The notes beneath the pieces were generated by a model. It worked only from the letters and a program-made list of their open reading frames with translations. It was not told where the DNA came from and searched no databases. This document shows positions 55,654 through 64,000 of a stretch of DNA of 64,000 bases, piece after piece; position 1 is the stretch's first letter, and each line of letters opens with the position of its first letter. Source of the DNA: an uncultured Bacteroidales bacterium (lineage in GTDB: Bacteria > Bacteroidota > Bacteroidia > Bacteroidales > UBA3824); contig CAMOSO010000072.1 of the NCBI GenBank assembly GCA_946624925.1, positions 9,029 to 73,028 on the forward strand, read 5' to 3'. Both the position numbers and the translations under genes were made by a program.

Positions 55654-56799
55654 TTATTCATCCCCGCTACTTAACAGTTTTTTTAGTTCTTCGATGTCAG
55701 GGAGGGCGTTGCGGAAACGCTCGGGCATATCGGTGGCTGTGGTGAATGTTGCCACGCCCATAGGTTTGTCGTAATCCTGAATCATATATTCAACGTAAGT
55801 TTTGTCGGCACTTTTGCAGAGTACAATGCCTATGGATGGATTTTCGTGAGGCTTGCGCACATAATCGTCCAAAAGTCGTAGATAACCATTGAGTTCGCCT
55901 AAGTAAATCTGTTTGAACGCTCCTGTTTTCAATTCAATTGCCACCAAACAATTTAAATCGCGGTTGTAAAACAGCAAATCAATCCGATGGTCGTGTCCGG
56001 CAACTGTTATCGTGTATTGATTGCCAACAAACAAGAAATCCTTGCCAAATTTTAGGATAAATTTTTTGATGTTGTCAACAATTTTCTGTTCTACAACAGT
56101 TTCGTTAACTTCCTCAATATCACGTGCTCCAAGTTCCTCCACATTGATAAAATCAAGCATATATTGGTCTTTGAATGCAAGAATAGCCCTTTTTGCGAGG
56201 TTTCCAGATGGTAGCCGCTGCAAAAAATTGTTAGGCATCTGACCTTTTTTGCTATAAAGATTTTGTTTGATGCAGTTTTTGATACCGTCGGGCGTGAGGT
56301 GCTCGCGAGCGCATACCGAAATGTAGAACATACGCTCTTTACGGTCTTTGCATTGCGTCAAAATTTCGCTGTGATGAGTAAAACCAATACTTCTAAAATC
56401 ATTAGCGGGGAATGCATCCACGGCGGAAAAGTTGAACGGAAGCAAGTCGATAATTTCGTCAGTTTTAACTGGCGAAAATTCGTCCGTTTTAATGGACGAA
56501 TTTAAAACTGGGTCAAGTTCCGCCCATTCTTCATAAAAAGATCGCATACGTTTCAAACTTGTTTCCGAATAACCCCTCAATCCGGGCATATCTTTTTTAA
56601 GAAGTTGACTGATAGTGGCGATGGCGTGAGTGCCCCACTTTCCGTTACGGCTGTTTTGCGAAATAAAACGACCAATAGAGTAGTAGAGTGTCAACTGAAT
56701 ATTATTGACACCCTTTGCCGCCTCGTATTGGGCGTTCAGAATCGCGTTTTTGATGGTTGTGACGGCGCTGTTGTATGTTTGAATGTTGTTGTCGTGCAT
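55654..56799 (-). CDS. DUF1016 / YhcG-like PDDEXK nuclease-family protein
   Basis: N-terminal YhcG domain (...NNIQLTLYYSIGRFISQ...) and C-terminal PD-ExK block (RIDLLFYNRDLNCLVAIELKTG). Confidence 0.8.
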   Translation of the reverse strand: MHDNNIQTYNSAVTTIKNAILNAQYEAAKGVNNIQLTLYYSIGRFISQNSRNGKWGTHAIATISQLLKKDMPGLRGYSETSLKRMRSFYEEWAELDPVLNSSIKTDEFSPVKTDEIIDLLPFNFSAVDAFPANDFRSIGFTHHSEILTQCKDRKERMFYISVCAREHLTPDGIKNCIKQNLYSKKGQMPNNFLQRLPSGNLAKRAILAFKDQYMLDFINVEELGARDIEEVNETVVEQKIVDNIKKFILKFGKDFLFVGNQYTITVAGHDHRIDLLFYNRDLNCLVAIELKTGAFKQIYLGELNGYLRLLDDYVRKPHENPSIGIVLCKSADKTYVEYMIQDYDKPMGVATFTTATDMPERFRNALPDIEELKKLLSSGDE

Positions 56800-57038
56800 A
56801 TTTCGTTTCGATAATTAACCCACCGCAAAGTTACTCATTTTATCTGTTTTTCACAAACCCAACCGCACCGCTTTGTTAATTAATGTTAAATATCAAAATT
56901 CATCATTACTGATTGTCAGCAATTCTAACTTTTTGGTAACTATAAAACAAAAAAGTGCCTTCTTGCGTATTGTTTTTCAATGGATTAACTTTGCAGCGTA
57001 AAACAAATCAACAAACAATTTATTAAATAGTAAAAAAA

Positions 57039-57494
57039 ATGAAGACAGTACAGCAAATCAAATCAGGAAAGAATTTCAACGCCGTTAACCTCGGCACGAT
57101 GAACGAAGTAATCAACTACGAACTTCCTATGGGCAAGGACTTTACGCTCAAAGGCAAGGTGTTTCTCTCGCAGGCATTAGGCTTGACAGGTGCCGAAATG
57201 AGTTTTCAGACACTTGTGCCGGGTCAGGACAGCGGTTTTCTTCACACGCACAAGACTCACGAGGAGATTTATGTAATCATCTCCGGCGAAGGTCAGTATC
57301 AGGTGGACGGCGAAATTTTCCCGGTGTCGGAAGGTTCGATTATAAGGGTTTCGCCCGATGGCAAACGCGCCCTCAAAAACAGCGGAACTTCCAATCTGAC
57401 AATGCTTTGCATCCAATACAAGGCCAACGCTTTCACTGAGAAAGATTCACCAATGGAAGACGGCATCATCCTTAACGAAAAACTCTCTTGGTAA
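57039..57494 (+). CDS. Cupin-domain protein
   Basis: GFLHTHKTHEEIYVIISGEG...G..I.V.P (cupin motifs 1 and 2). Confidence 0.75.
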   Translation: MKTVQQIKSGKNFNAVNLGTMNEVINYELPMGKDFTLKGKVFLSQALGLTGAEMSFQTLVPGQDSGFLHTHKTHEEIYVIISGEGQYQVDGEIFPVSEGSIIRVSPDGKRALKNSGTSNLTMLCIQYKANAFTEKDSPMEDGIILNEKLSW

Positions 57495-57496
57495 CT

Positions 57497-57940
57497 ATGC
57501 AGACAGCGTTGGATTTCCTCAAAGCAAACAATGAAGTCGCCTTTGCAACTTGTGAAGGCGGCTTGCCAAAAATCCGTGTTTTTCAGATAATGAAACAGGA
57601 CGGAACAGTGTTGTATTTTGCCACGTCGTTCAAAAAAGCGGTTTACCGTCAGTTGCTGCAAAATCCTGACATCGAGATTCTTAGTATGAAAGACAAAATT
57701 TCGGTTCGTTGTTCGGGACAGGTGAATTTTCACGTTGACGACAACATCAAGAAGTGGATTTTTGACAACAATCCAGTTTTGTCGCGACTTTACGATAGTT
57801 ACGATCAGTTGGCGTATTTTTCGATGAACATTGCCGAAATGGATTATTACGACCTCGAACCCACGCCGCCGGTGCTTAGGCATTTCAACCTGATAACGGG
57901 CGAGGCAGGCAACGGTTATGTCGGCGAAAAATATTCTTGA
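57497..57940 (+). CDS. Pyridoxamine 5'-phosphate oxidase-like FMN-binding protein
   Basis: ALDFLKANNEVAFATCEGGLPKIRVFQIM...LYFATSFKKAVYRQL is a PNPOx-like split-barrel pattern. Start trimmed to the ATG. Confidence 0.7.
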   Translation: MQTALDFLKANNEVAFATCEGGLPKIRVFQIMKQDGTVLYFATSFKKAVYRQLLQNPDIEILSMKDKISVRCSGQVNFHVDDNIKKWIFDNNPVLSRLYDSYDQLAYFSMNIAEMDYYDLEPTPPVLRHFNLITGEAGNGYVGEKYS

Positions 57941-57971
57941 TTGTTTGGGGAATATTTCGTATCTTTGCGCT

Positions 57972-58313
57972 ATGAATGATTTTCAAGACAAATATAACAA
58001 ATGCCCTATACGACAGGTAATCAGCAAGTTTGGCGACAAATGGTCGTTGTTGGTGTTGTATTCCATTAATGCGAGCGAAAGCGGTGTTTTGCGGTTCAAC
58101 GAACTTCGCAACTTGATGACCGACTGTTCGCAAAAGATGTTGTCGGCTACCCTCAAACGTCTCGAAAGCGACAACCTCCTTTGCCGCAAGGTCTATCCTG
58201 TGGTGCCTCCAAAAGTGGAATACTCACTCACCGACACCGGCAAATCACTAATGCCTTACATTTCGGGACTGATTCAATGGGCAATAGAGCATTTCGACGA
58301 AGTGGCAGGATAA
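57972..58313 (+). CDS. HxlR-family winged-helix transcriptional regulator
   Basis: CPIRQVISKFGDKWSLLVLYSI...FNELRNLM...SQKMLSATLKRLESDNLLCRKVYPVVPPKVEYSLTDTG. Start trimmed to MNDFQDKYNKCP. Confidence 0.8.
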   Translation: MNDFQDKYNKCPIRQVISKFGDKWSLLVLYSINASESGVLRFNELRNLMTDCSQKMLSATLKRLESDNLLCRKVYPVVPPKVEYSLTDTGKSLMPYISGLIQWAIEHFDEVAG

Positions 58314-58318
58314 TCACT

Positions 58319-59887
58319 TTATTCCTCACCTTCAATCACCTCCATCTCCACTTCGTGTTTAGAAGTTTCCTTGTTGTAATTGATGCCGCATAGCACGATG
58401 CGTTTGGAAAAACCTTGGAGGCTCTTGGGATAATTTTTGCGTTTGATTTGAGAGATGGCGGAGTCGGCTGTCTTGTCGTATTTGAGTTCGATGACTATTG
58501 CAGGGCGCGGCGACTTGGGCAACGGAATGAAAACCATATCAGCAAAACCTTTGCCCGTAGGCAGTTCGTGAAAAATCTTGTAAAAAGGTTTGGCGGCGTA
58601 ATAAGCCAACGTTATTGCGCACCGCATTGAGTTTTCGTCGTTGAATTCCAAAATTGACGACGCCTCAAAATGATAGTCGTCGAAGGCACGCGCCACTTTG
58701 TCTTTGCAGAGGTTGATGGTGTCCTCCAATAGTTGTCGTGACTGCCCAACCGCTTTGGACAACTCTTTCCAACCCGCAAAGCGGACGGCGTTTCTGAACT
58801 CTGCGCTAACTTCTGTGTTAGGAATCCTTACAGATTGAGTTTCAGGGTTGTACGACAAATATCCAAGATGTGCCAACAATGTCAGCACGTCGTCACTCGT
58901 CTCGATGTTTTTCATATCGTTGCGGAAACTTGTCGGTTCTATTACCACTTCTTCACCATTCATCATCTTGATGATTTTGGTGCGCACTTGGTCGGCATCG
59001 ATGTTCAGGTAACTTTCTATTGCCATAAACGACGCTGTCCTTGACCAAAAACTGTCGTATGTGCGGTACTCAATGGATTGCATCACAGAATTAGGGTTGA
59101 ACATCGATTTTTCTTCGCCGATGATGTAGCCGTCGTATGCGTGTTTCATCAGTTCGAGGTTCATATTGTGTGTTTTGCATAGCGTTTCTACTTCCGTCTC
59201 TGTAAATCCGTAATATTTAGCGGTGTTGGCGGGATAAATGATGCTGTATTCTCTGAAATTGTTCAACGCCGATTGCGTCTTAATCTTGATTATCGGCAGA
59301 ATGCCCGTCATATATACAAGGAGAAATACATTGTTCGCTTTGTTAGTCTTGAACATCGAGCGCAGAAAGTTGACATACTCGTCCTGAATTTCTTGTGTAA
59401 CATCTCTTACGAGCATATCCCACTCATCGATAATCAGGATAAAGCGGTCGCCTGTCTTTTTGTTGATTTCGGCAAGGGCAACGCCAAGTTCGTTCTGTTC
59501 TTCCAAAATATTTTCATAAGTTTCCCTCAGGTCGGCAACAATCCTTTGTTGCGCCACTCTCAGTTTATCTTTGTCGGGGATGTTAGCAAATTCATTCCAA
59601 TCGATGTATATTGTCGGATACTTGTTGAGATGTTTTTCATAATCAGGCGACTTGGTGATTTCCAAACCTTTAAAAAGTTCCTTTGAATCCGATTTTCTGT
59701 CGTAATACGCATACGCCATCTTTGCCGCCACTGACTTGCCAAAACGTCGTGGGCGGGATACGCACATAAAACTATTTTCGGTGTCCATATTCCTGTTCAG
59801 AATATTCAGCAACCCTGACTTATCGGTAAAATCACTGTTTAAGATACGTCTGAAAGGCAAATTTCCATTGTCGATATACTGTCCCAT
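58319..59887 (-). CDS. AAA-ATPase-like N-domain plus PDDEXK_9 C-domain protein (paralog 2)
   Basis: SRPRRFGKS...IIDEWD...GKGFADMVFIP...VIELKYD; same architecture as 26553-28127. Confidence 0.75.
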   Translation of the reverse strand: MGQYIDNGNLPFRRILNSDFTDKSGLLNILNRNMDTENSFMCVSRPRRFGKSVAAKMAYAYYDRKSDSKELFKGLEITKSPDYEKHLNKYPTIYIDWNEFANIPDKDKLRVAQQRIVADLRETYENILEEQNELGVALAEINKKTGDRFILIIDEWDMLVRDVTQEIQDEYVNFLRSMFKTNKANNVFLLVYMTGILPIIKIKTQSALNNFREYSIIYPANTAKYYGFTETEVETLCKTHNMNLELMKHAYDGYIIGEEKSMFNPNSVMQSIEYRTYDSFWSRTASFMAIESYLNIDADQVRTKIIKMMNGEEVVIEPTSFRNDMKNIETSDDVLTLLAHLGYLSYNPETQSVRIPNTEVSAEFRNAVRFAGWKELSKAVGQSRQLLEDTINLCKDKVARAFDDYHFEASSILEFNDENSMRCAITLAYYAAKPFYKIFHELPTGKGFADMVFIPLPKSPRPAIVIELKYDKTADSAISQIKRKNYPKSLQGFSKRIVLCGINYNKETSKHEVEMEVIEGEE

Positions 59888-60128
59888 AGTAATCCTGATT
59901 ATAGTTTCTGCAAATGTAGCGTTTTATCTTTGATTTGACAAAAATTTTTTCAAATATTTTTTGAACATTTAATTTCCCTGTCAAAAACTAAACTTCACTT
60001 TTGCCTAAGTATTGGTGGCAATCATTTTCGGGGAAAAAACTGCAATCCTGCATTTTTTTTAATGTAATCTTACACCGTCGAAAATGCCGTCAGAAAAACA
60101 ATTATGCCGAATTTTGCACCGTAAAAAC

Positions 60129-60158
60129 AATGCATAATTCATAATGCATAATTCATAA
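60129..60158. repeat. 14-bp tandem repeat (AATGCATAATTCAT x2, plus a partial third copy) ending 5 nt before the cysN start
   Basis: Read directly from the sequence. Confidence 0.7.
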
Positions 60159-60163
60159 TAGTT

Positions 60164-61429
60164 ATGACACAAAACGGATATTTAGATATGCAGTTGCTCC
60201 GCTTTTCGACGGCGGGCAGCGTTGACGACGGAAAATCTACACTCATTGGCAGACTTTTGTACGATTCTAAGTCGATTTTTGAAGACCAACTCGAAGCCGT
60301 GGAACAGGCATCAAAGAGTCGTGGCAATGAAGAAGTTAACCTTGCTCTCCTTACCGACGGTCTCAAAGCCGAGCGCGAACAGGGCATCACTATCGATGTG
60401 GCTTACAGATATTTTGCCACTCCAAAACGCAAATTTATCATTGCCGACACTCCGGGACACATTCAGTACACCCGAAATATGGTTACAGGTGCTTCTACGG
60501 CAGATTTGGCGATAATCCTAATCGACGCCCGCCACGGTGTAATGGAGCAAACTATCCGCCATTCGTTTATTGCCTCGCTCCTCGGAATCCGCAATATTGT
60601 GGTGTGTATCAATAAGATGGACTTGGTGGATTTTTCTAAGGAAGCTTTCGACAAGATTATAGCCGACTACAACATTATGTCAAAACACCTTGATATTCCG
60701 GCAGTTGACTTTATTCCCATCAGTGCCAAAAACGGCGACAATGTGGTTAATAAATCTGAAAACACGCCTTGGTACACCGGCAAACCGCTTTTGGAATATT
60801 TGGAAACTGTTGAAATCAAAAAGTCTGATAATCAGGGCTTCCGAATGGCTGTGCAGTATGTTATAAGACCGATTTCAGACAAGTTTGCCGATTTTCGCGG
60901 CTATTCTGGACGCATTGCTCAGGGCGTTATCAAAGAGGGCGACAAGGTAAAAATCCTTCCGTCAGGTTTAACGTCCACTGTTAAAGGTATTTACAACGGC
61001 AAAGACAAATTCTCCGAAGCGCAAGAAGGCGAATCGGTTGACATCACTCTCGCCGACGACATCGACATTTCGCGCGGCGACTTTTTGGTGTCCGACGACG
61101 CCAACATTCCACAAGTGGGTAATCAGTTTACGCTGAATATCTGTTGGTTTAACCCCTCGCCGATGCAACTCCGCAAAAAATACATCGTCCGCCACGCCAC
61201 ACAAGAGGTTCAGGGCTTGTTTACGGCAATAGATTTCCGCGTTGACATCTCCACCCAAGAAAAAATCTCAGGTGTTAACGAGTTGCAACTCAACGACATC
61301 GCACAAGTCCAACTCAAAACCGCAAGTCCTTTGGTGTATGAAAGTTATGCCAAAAATAAGGTTTTAGGCTCGCTGATATTTGTTGACCCGTTTACGTTTG
61401 AGACCGTGGGCGCGGGGATGATTTTGTGA
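60164..61429 (+). CDS. cysN: Sulfate adenylyltransferase subunit 1 (GTPase; no APS-kinase fusion)
   Basis: G1 motif GSVDDGKST, G3 DTPGH, G4 NKMD, followed by EF-Tu-like domains II/III. Confidence 0.9.
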   Translation: MTQNGYLDMQLLRFSTAGSVDDGKSTLIGRLLYDSKSIFEDQLEAVEQASKSRGNEEVNLALLTDGLKAEREQGITIDVAYRYFATPKRKFIIADTPGHIQYTRNMVTGASTADLAIILIDARHGVMEQTIRHSFIASLLGIRNIVVCINKMDLVDFSKEAFDKIIADYNIMSKHLDIPAVDFIPISAKNGDNVVNKSENTPWYTGKPLLEYLETVEIKKSDNQGFRMAVQYVIRPISDKFADFRGYSGRIAQGVIKEGDKVKILPSGLTSTVKGIYNGKDKFSEAQEGESVDITLADDIDISRGDFLVSDDANIPQVGNQFTLNICWFNPSPMQLRKKYIVRHATQEVQGLFTAIDFRVDISTQEKISGVNELQLNDIAQVQLKTASPLVYESYAKNKVLGSLIFVDPFTFETVGAGMIL

Positions 61430-61438
61430 TAATTGTAT

Positions 61439-62356
61439 TTACGACCTACCCTCCGCCCCACTCTTTCTCATCTGTGCGGGCGGCATACCGAAATGCTCCT
61501 TGACGTAACGTCCGAAAAATGAGGTGTTTGCGAAACCGAGAATGTCGCATATCTGTTTGATACTCAAATTGGTGTCGCTAAGATAAAACCTGATTTTTTC
61601 CATCAGCGACTCTGTAATCCATTCGAGGGCTGTCTTGCCCGAACACGACTTGCAGACGGCGGAGAGGTATTTGGGAGTAATGCAAAGTTGACGTGCGTAC
61701 CATTCCACAGTGCGATGTTTGATTTCCACGGTGTGAATGATGTCCAAAAAACGCTGAAAATAAACCGCAGGCGATGAGCGAAGATTGTTGTCAGTGGCAA
61801 CAGGCGGCGTTTCAGCGGCTTTTTGGCGGTGCTTAAACTCGCTGCAAACTCCCAACAACGCCGACTTCAAAAGCGACTGCACAACCTCATTATAATAAGG
61901 ACGGTTTTTGCCGCGCTCCACCACAAATTTCAGCAACGAGTAAAAATGTTCATAAAACTTCACATCGTCGCCGCCGAGAGTGAAAACATTGTTGCAGTGG
62001 ATGTACATCATCTCATTCCAAATGCTGATTTTTTCGTGAAGGAAACTTTGGAGAATTTTTTCGGAAAAAAACAACGCCTTCAACTTGAAATCCGGGCTAA
62101 TCATCAGGTCTGTAACGAGCGCATTTTTCGGGATAATCGCCACCTCATTTTTAGAGATTTCAATCTTACGACCGTTCATACTGCCGGTGATTTTTCCATT
62201 GGTGCAAATCGCGATACCATTGAGCGACAGCCTCGCCGCCCCAATAGCCGCAAACTCCTGCACATCGTCAACAATCATCACATTGTTGTCGCAATAACTG
62301 ACTTTGATACAGTCATTTACCGAAAGCGATTGTATGGTGATTTCTTCTTGGTGCAT
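61439..62356 (-). CDS. AraC-family transcriptional regulator
   Basis: C-terminal double HTH (...YARQLCITPKYLSAVCK...SIKQICDILGFANTSFFGRYVKEHFGMPP). Start taken at the ATG (MHQEE); the ORF-track start at 62380 is a TTG. Confidence 0.8.
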   Translation of the reverse strand: MHQEEITIQSLSVNDCIKVSYCDNNVMIVDDVQEFAAIGAARLSLNGIAICTNGKITGSMNGRKIEISKNEVAIIPKNALVTDLMISPDFKLKALFFSEKILQSFLHEKISIWNEMMYIHCNNVFTLGGDDVKFYEHFYSLLKFVVERGKNRPYYNEVVQSLLKSALLGVCSEFKHRQKAAETPPVATDNNLRSSPAVYFQRFLDIIHTVEIKHRTVEWYARQLCITPKYLSAVCKSCSGKTALEWITESLMEKIRFYLSDTNLSIKQICDILGFANTSFFGRYVKEHFGMPPAQMRKSGAEGRS

Positions 62357-62476
62357 AGTAGATTGATGAGTTTTCGGCAAAGGTATTGATTTTTTGCGAG
62401 AATGGCAAAAGAGAATTGGGTCGATAGATTTTTATAAAAAAAACTATAAAAGGTTTTCCATATAAAAAAAACTATT

Positions 62477-62546
62477 TAAATTTGCAGCAACAAACTCACC
62501 CCGCTTCCCATTGAACAGCGCGCTTAGGGTGAGTCTTTTATTTTTT
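62477..62546 (+). promoter_or_regulatory. Promoter (-7 box TAaaTTTG) followed at once by an intrinsic-terminator-like hairpin in the leader of the abi gene
   Basis: -7 box at 62477-84. Stem ACTCACCC (62494-501) / GGGTGAGT (62527-34), then CTTTTATTTTTT. The abi ATG is at 62551. Confidence 0.45.
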
Positions 62547-62550
62547 AAGT

Positions 62551-63444
62551 ATGAAAGTTCCTTACACAAAGCAAATACAGACATTTGCCGACCAGATAAA
62601 GATTCTCAAACAACGAGGAATGACATTCGGTAGCGAGCCAGAGGCTGAAAAATGGCTAAAACAGGTGAGTTACTACCGAATGAGCGGTTATTGGTATCCA
62701 TTACTTGCCGATAAGGAAAAACATATCTTTAAATCGGGAACAACATTTGAACAAGCCAAAACACTCTATGAGTTTGACTGTCAACTACGACATCTTGTAA
62801 TGACTTACATTGAAATAATAGAAGTTGCAGTACGAACTCAAATGGCATATATTCTATCACAAGCCCATAATGGATTGTGGTTTGAAGATGCAACATTGTT
62901 TTCTAACGTAGTTCAGCATGCAAAAACATTGCAAAATATAAGTGAGGAATACAACCGTAGCGACGAACAATTTGTAAAGGCATTTCAATGCAAATACAGC
63001 GACACATTTCCTCCAAGTTGGATAACTTTAGAAATCACTTCTTTTGGTACAATGTCTATATTATACCAACAATTAAAGCCTGGTTTACCCAAAAGAAATG
63101 TAGCCTCGTTTTTTGGTGTTAGCGACACTGTATTTGTTTCGTGGTTGCATACATTAGTCTATGTACGCAATATCTGTGCACATCACGCACGTTTGTGGAA
63201 TCGAGTTTTTGGAATACGTCCATTGATGCCAAGGCATACACGACGAACATTTATACAAATCCCTACATCAGGCACACAACGTGTCTATTTCACATTAGCA
63301 ATAATACGATATATCATTAATGGCATCGACCCCAAAAATACTTTTGGCACAGAACTAAAAAAATTGATTGCAAAATATCCAACAATAAATCCGTCTTCAA
63401 TGGGTTTCCCTAATGGATGGGAACAAGAAATTCTTTGGCAATAG
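62551..63444 (+). CDS. Abi_2 (AbiD/AbiF-like) abortive-infection protein
   Basis: ...QIKILKQRGM......AEKWLKQVSYYRMSGYWYP...YEFD..LR......IE...R...AY is the typical Abi_2 N-terminal signature. Confidence 0.85.
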   Translation: MKVPYTKQIQTFADQIKILKQRGMTFGSEPEAEKWLKQVSYYRMSGYWYPLLADKEKHIFKSGTTFEQAKTLYEFDCQLRHLVMTYIEIIEVAVRTQMAYILSQAHNGLWFEDATLFSNVVQHAKTLQNISEEYNRSDEQFVKAFQCKYSDTFPPSWITLEITSFGTMSILYQQLKPGLPKRNVASFFGVSDTVFVSWLHTLVYVRNICAHHARLWNRVFGIRPLMPRHTRRTFIQIPTSGTQRVYFTLAIIRYIINGIDPKNTFGTELKKLIAKYPTINPSSMGFPNGWEQEILWQ

Positions 63445-63543
63445 TTAACTTTTTTCCCGCCAAATCTACCATTTTTGCAGAAAAATCGGCTATTATTTAT
63501 GTTTGAAATCTCTGTATTTTTGTCGCTGAAAAATGTTACAAAA

Positions 63544-64000
63544 ATGAATTTCAAGGTATATTTAGCAATGATGTTGGCTCTTGGGGTTGCGGGATGCGGC
63601 GGTCAGAGCCAGGTAAATACTCAAAAACAGCCTGTGAGGGTCGCCGTGCAGACTGCGGGCGGCGATAATGTCGCTTCTTTCGGCAGAACTTTTACAGGCA
63701 TTGTGGAAGAAAATCAGGCAGTTGCAGTGAGTTTCACAACAATGGGCGTGGTGAAAAACATCCCCATCAACGAAGGTATGCAAGTATCTAAGGGACAGTT
63801 GATTGCGCAAATTGACGACACGCAAGCCCAAAACTTGCTCACTGCCTCAAAAGCCGCCGCTCAACAAGCCGACGACGCACTCTCACGTTATAAAATACTC
63901 CACGACAAAGGCTCGATGTCGGAGGTTCAATGGGTGGAAATCCTCAGCAAAACCGCTCAGGCAAAGGCACAGTTGGAGGGTGCGCAAAAAAATCTCGACG
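63544..64000 (+). CDS. Efflux RND transporter periplasmic adaptor subunit (membrane fusion protein), 3'-partial at window edge
   Basis: Not in the ORF track because there is no stop in the window. My translation: MNFKVYLAMMLALGVAGCGGQSQ... (lipobox), ...FTGIVEENQAVAVSFTTMGVVKNIPINEGMQVSKGQLIAQIDD... (biotinyl/lipoyl-like hairpin), then a coiled coil. Confidence 0.8.
   Translation, partial: MNFKVYLAMMLALGVAGCGGQSQVNTQKQPVRVAVQTAGGDNVASFGRTFTGIVEENQAVAVSFTTMGVVKNIPINEGMQVSKGQLIAQIDDTQAQNLLTASKAAAQQADDALSRYKILHDKGSMSEVQWVEILSKTAQAKAQLEGAQKNLD

Noticed and set aside
1-64000. CRISPR arrays, rRNA genes, IS elements, integrases, prophage structural genes
   Set aside because: I scanned for regularly spaced 25-40-bp repeats, rRNA-like conserved blocks, and transposase or recombinase motifs (DDE, tyrosine recombinase R..H..R..Y, serine recombinase) in the ORF translations. 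None was found. The repeats present are the isolated direct or palindromic ones listed above.

Overview
64-kb chromosomal segment that looks like a Bacteroidota (Bacteroidales-type) genome. Supporting signs are TAnnTTTG -7 promoter boxes, no Shine-Dalgarno sequences, many lipoprotein signal peptides, and BspA-like, WG-repeat and PDDEXK_9 genes. Housekeeping genes (folK, an ABC-F ATPase, tcdA, purM-like, prfA, pyrF, carB, apbE, cysD, cysN) alternate with visibly AT-rich accessory patches. The most interesting loci are these. (1) A stand-alone UG/Abi/DRT-class reverse transcriptase (51387-52877) sits behind a promoter-driven, highly structured ~270-nt ncRNA. It lies in a ~9.2-kb mosaic island that splits the normally adjacent cysD and cysN. 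(2) Two tandem, promoter-equipped, non-canonical tRNA-Gly-derived RNAs (46295-46541) lie next to a hipBA module. (3) A tightly coupled three-gene operon is centred on a SecB-like chaperone (39686-40905). It converges on a gene fusing an Mrr-like PD-(D/E)xK nuclease to an ImmA/IrrE metallopeptidase. (4) Three membrane-anchored SpoIIE/PP2C phosphatases occur within 13 kb, including a translationally coupled pair of one active and one degenerate copy. (5) A ~280-nt structured leader or ncRNA precedes a four-gene operon of small membrane/secreted ORFans. Other defence or toxin-antitoxin content: MntA/HepT, an Abi_2 gene behind a leader terminator, an AAA_15-type ATPase, two AAA-ATPase/PDDEXK_9 paralogs, DUF1016 (one intact copy plus a fragment), an ORF6N protein and a frameshifted Panacea-like gene. 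I saw no integrase, transposase, rRNA or CRISPR array. CDS coordinates follow the ORF track, with starts trimmed where a signal peptide, a -7 box or an ATG made a better start obvious. Coordinates of non-coding features were read by eye and may be off by 1-2 nt. Family names come from motif recognition only; no database search was run.
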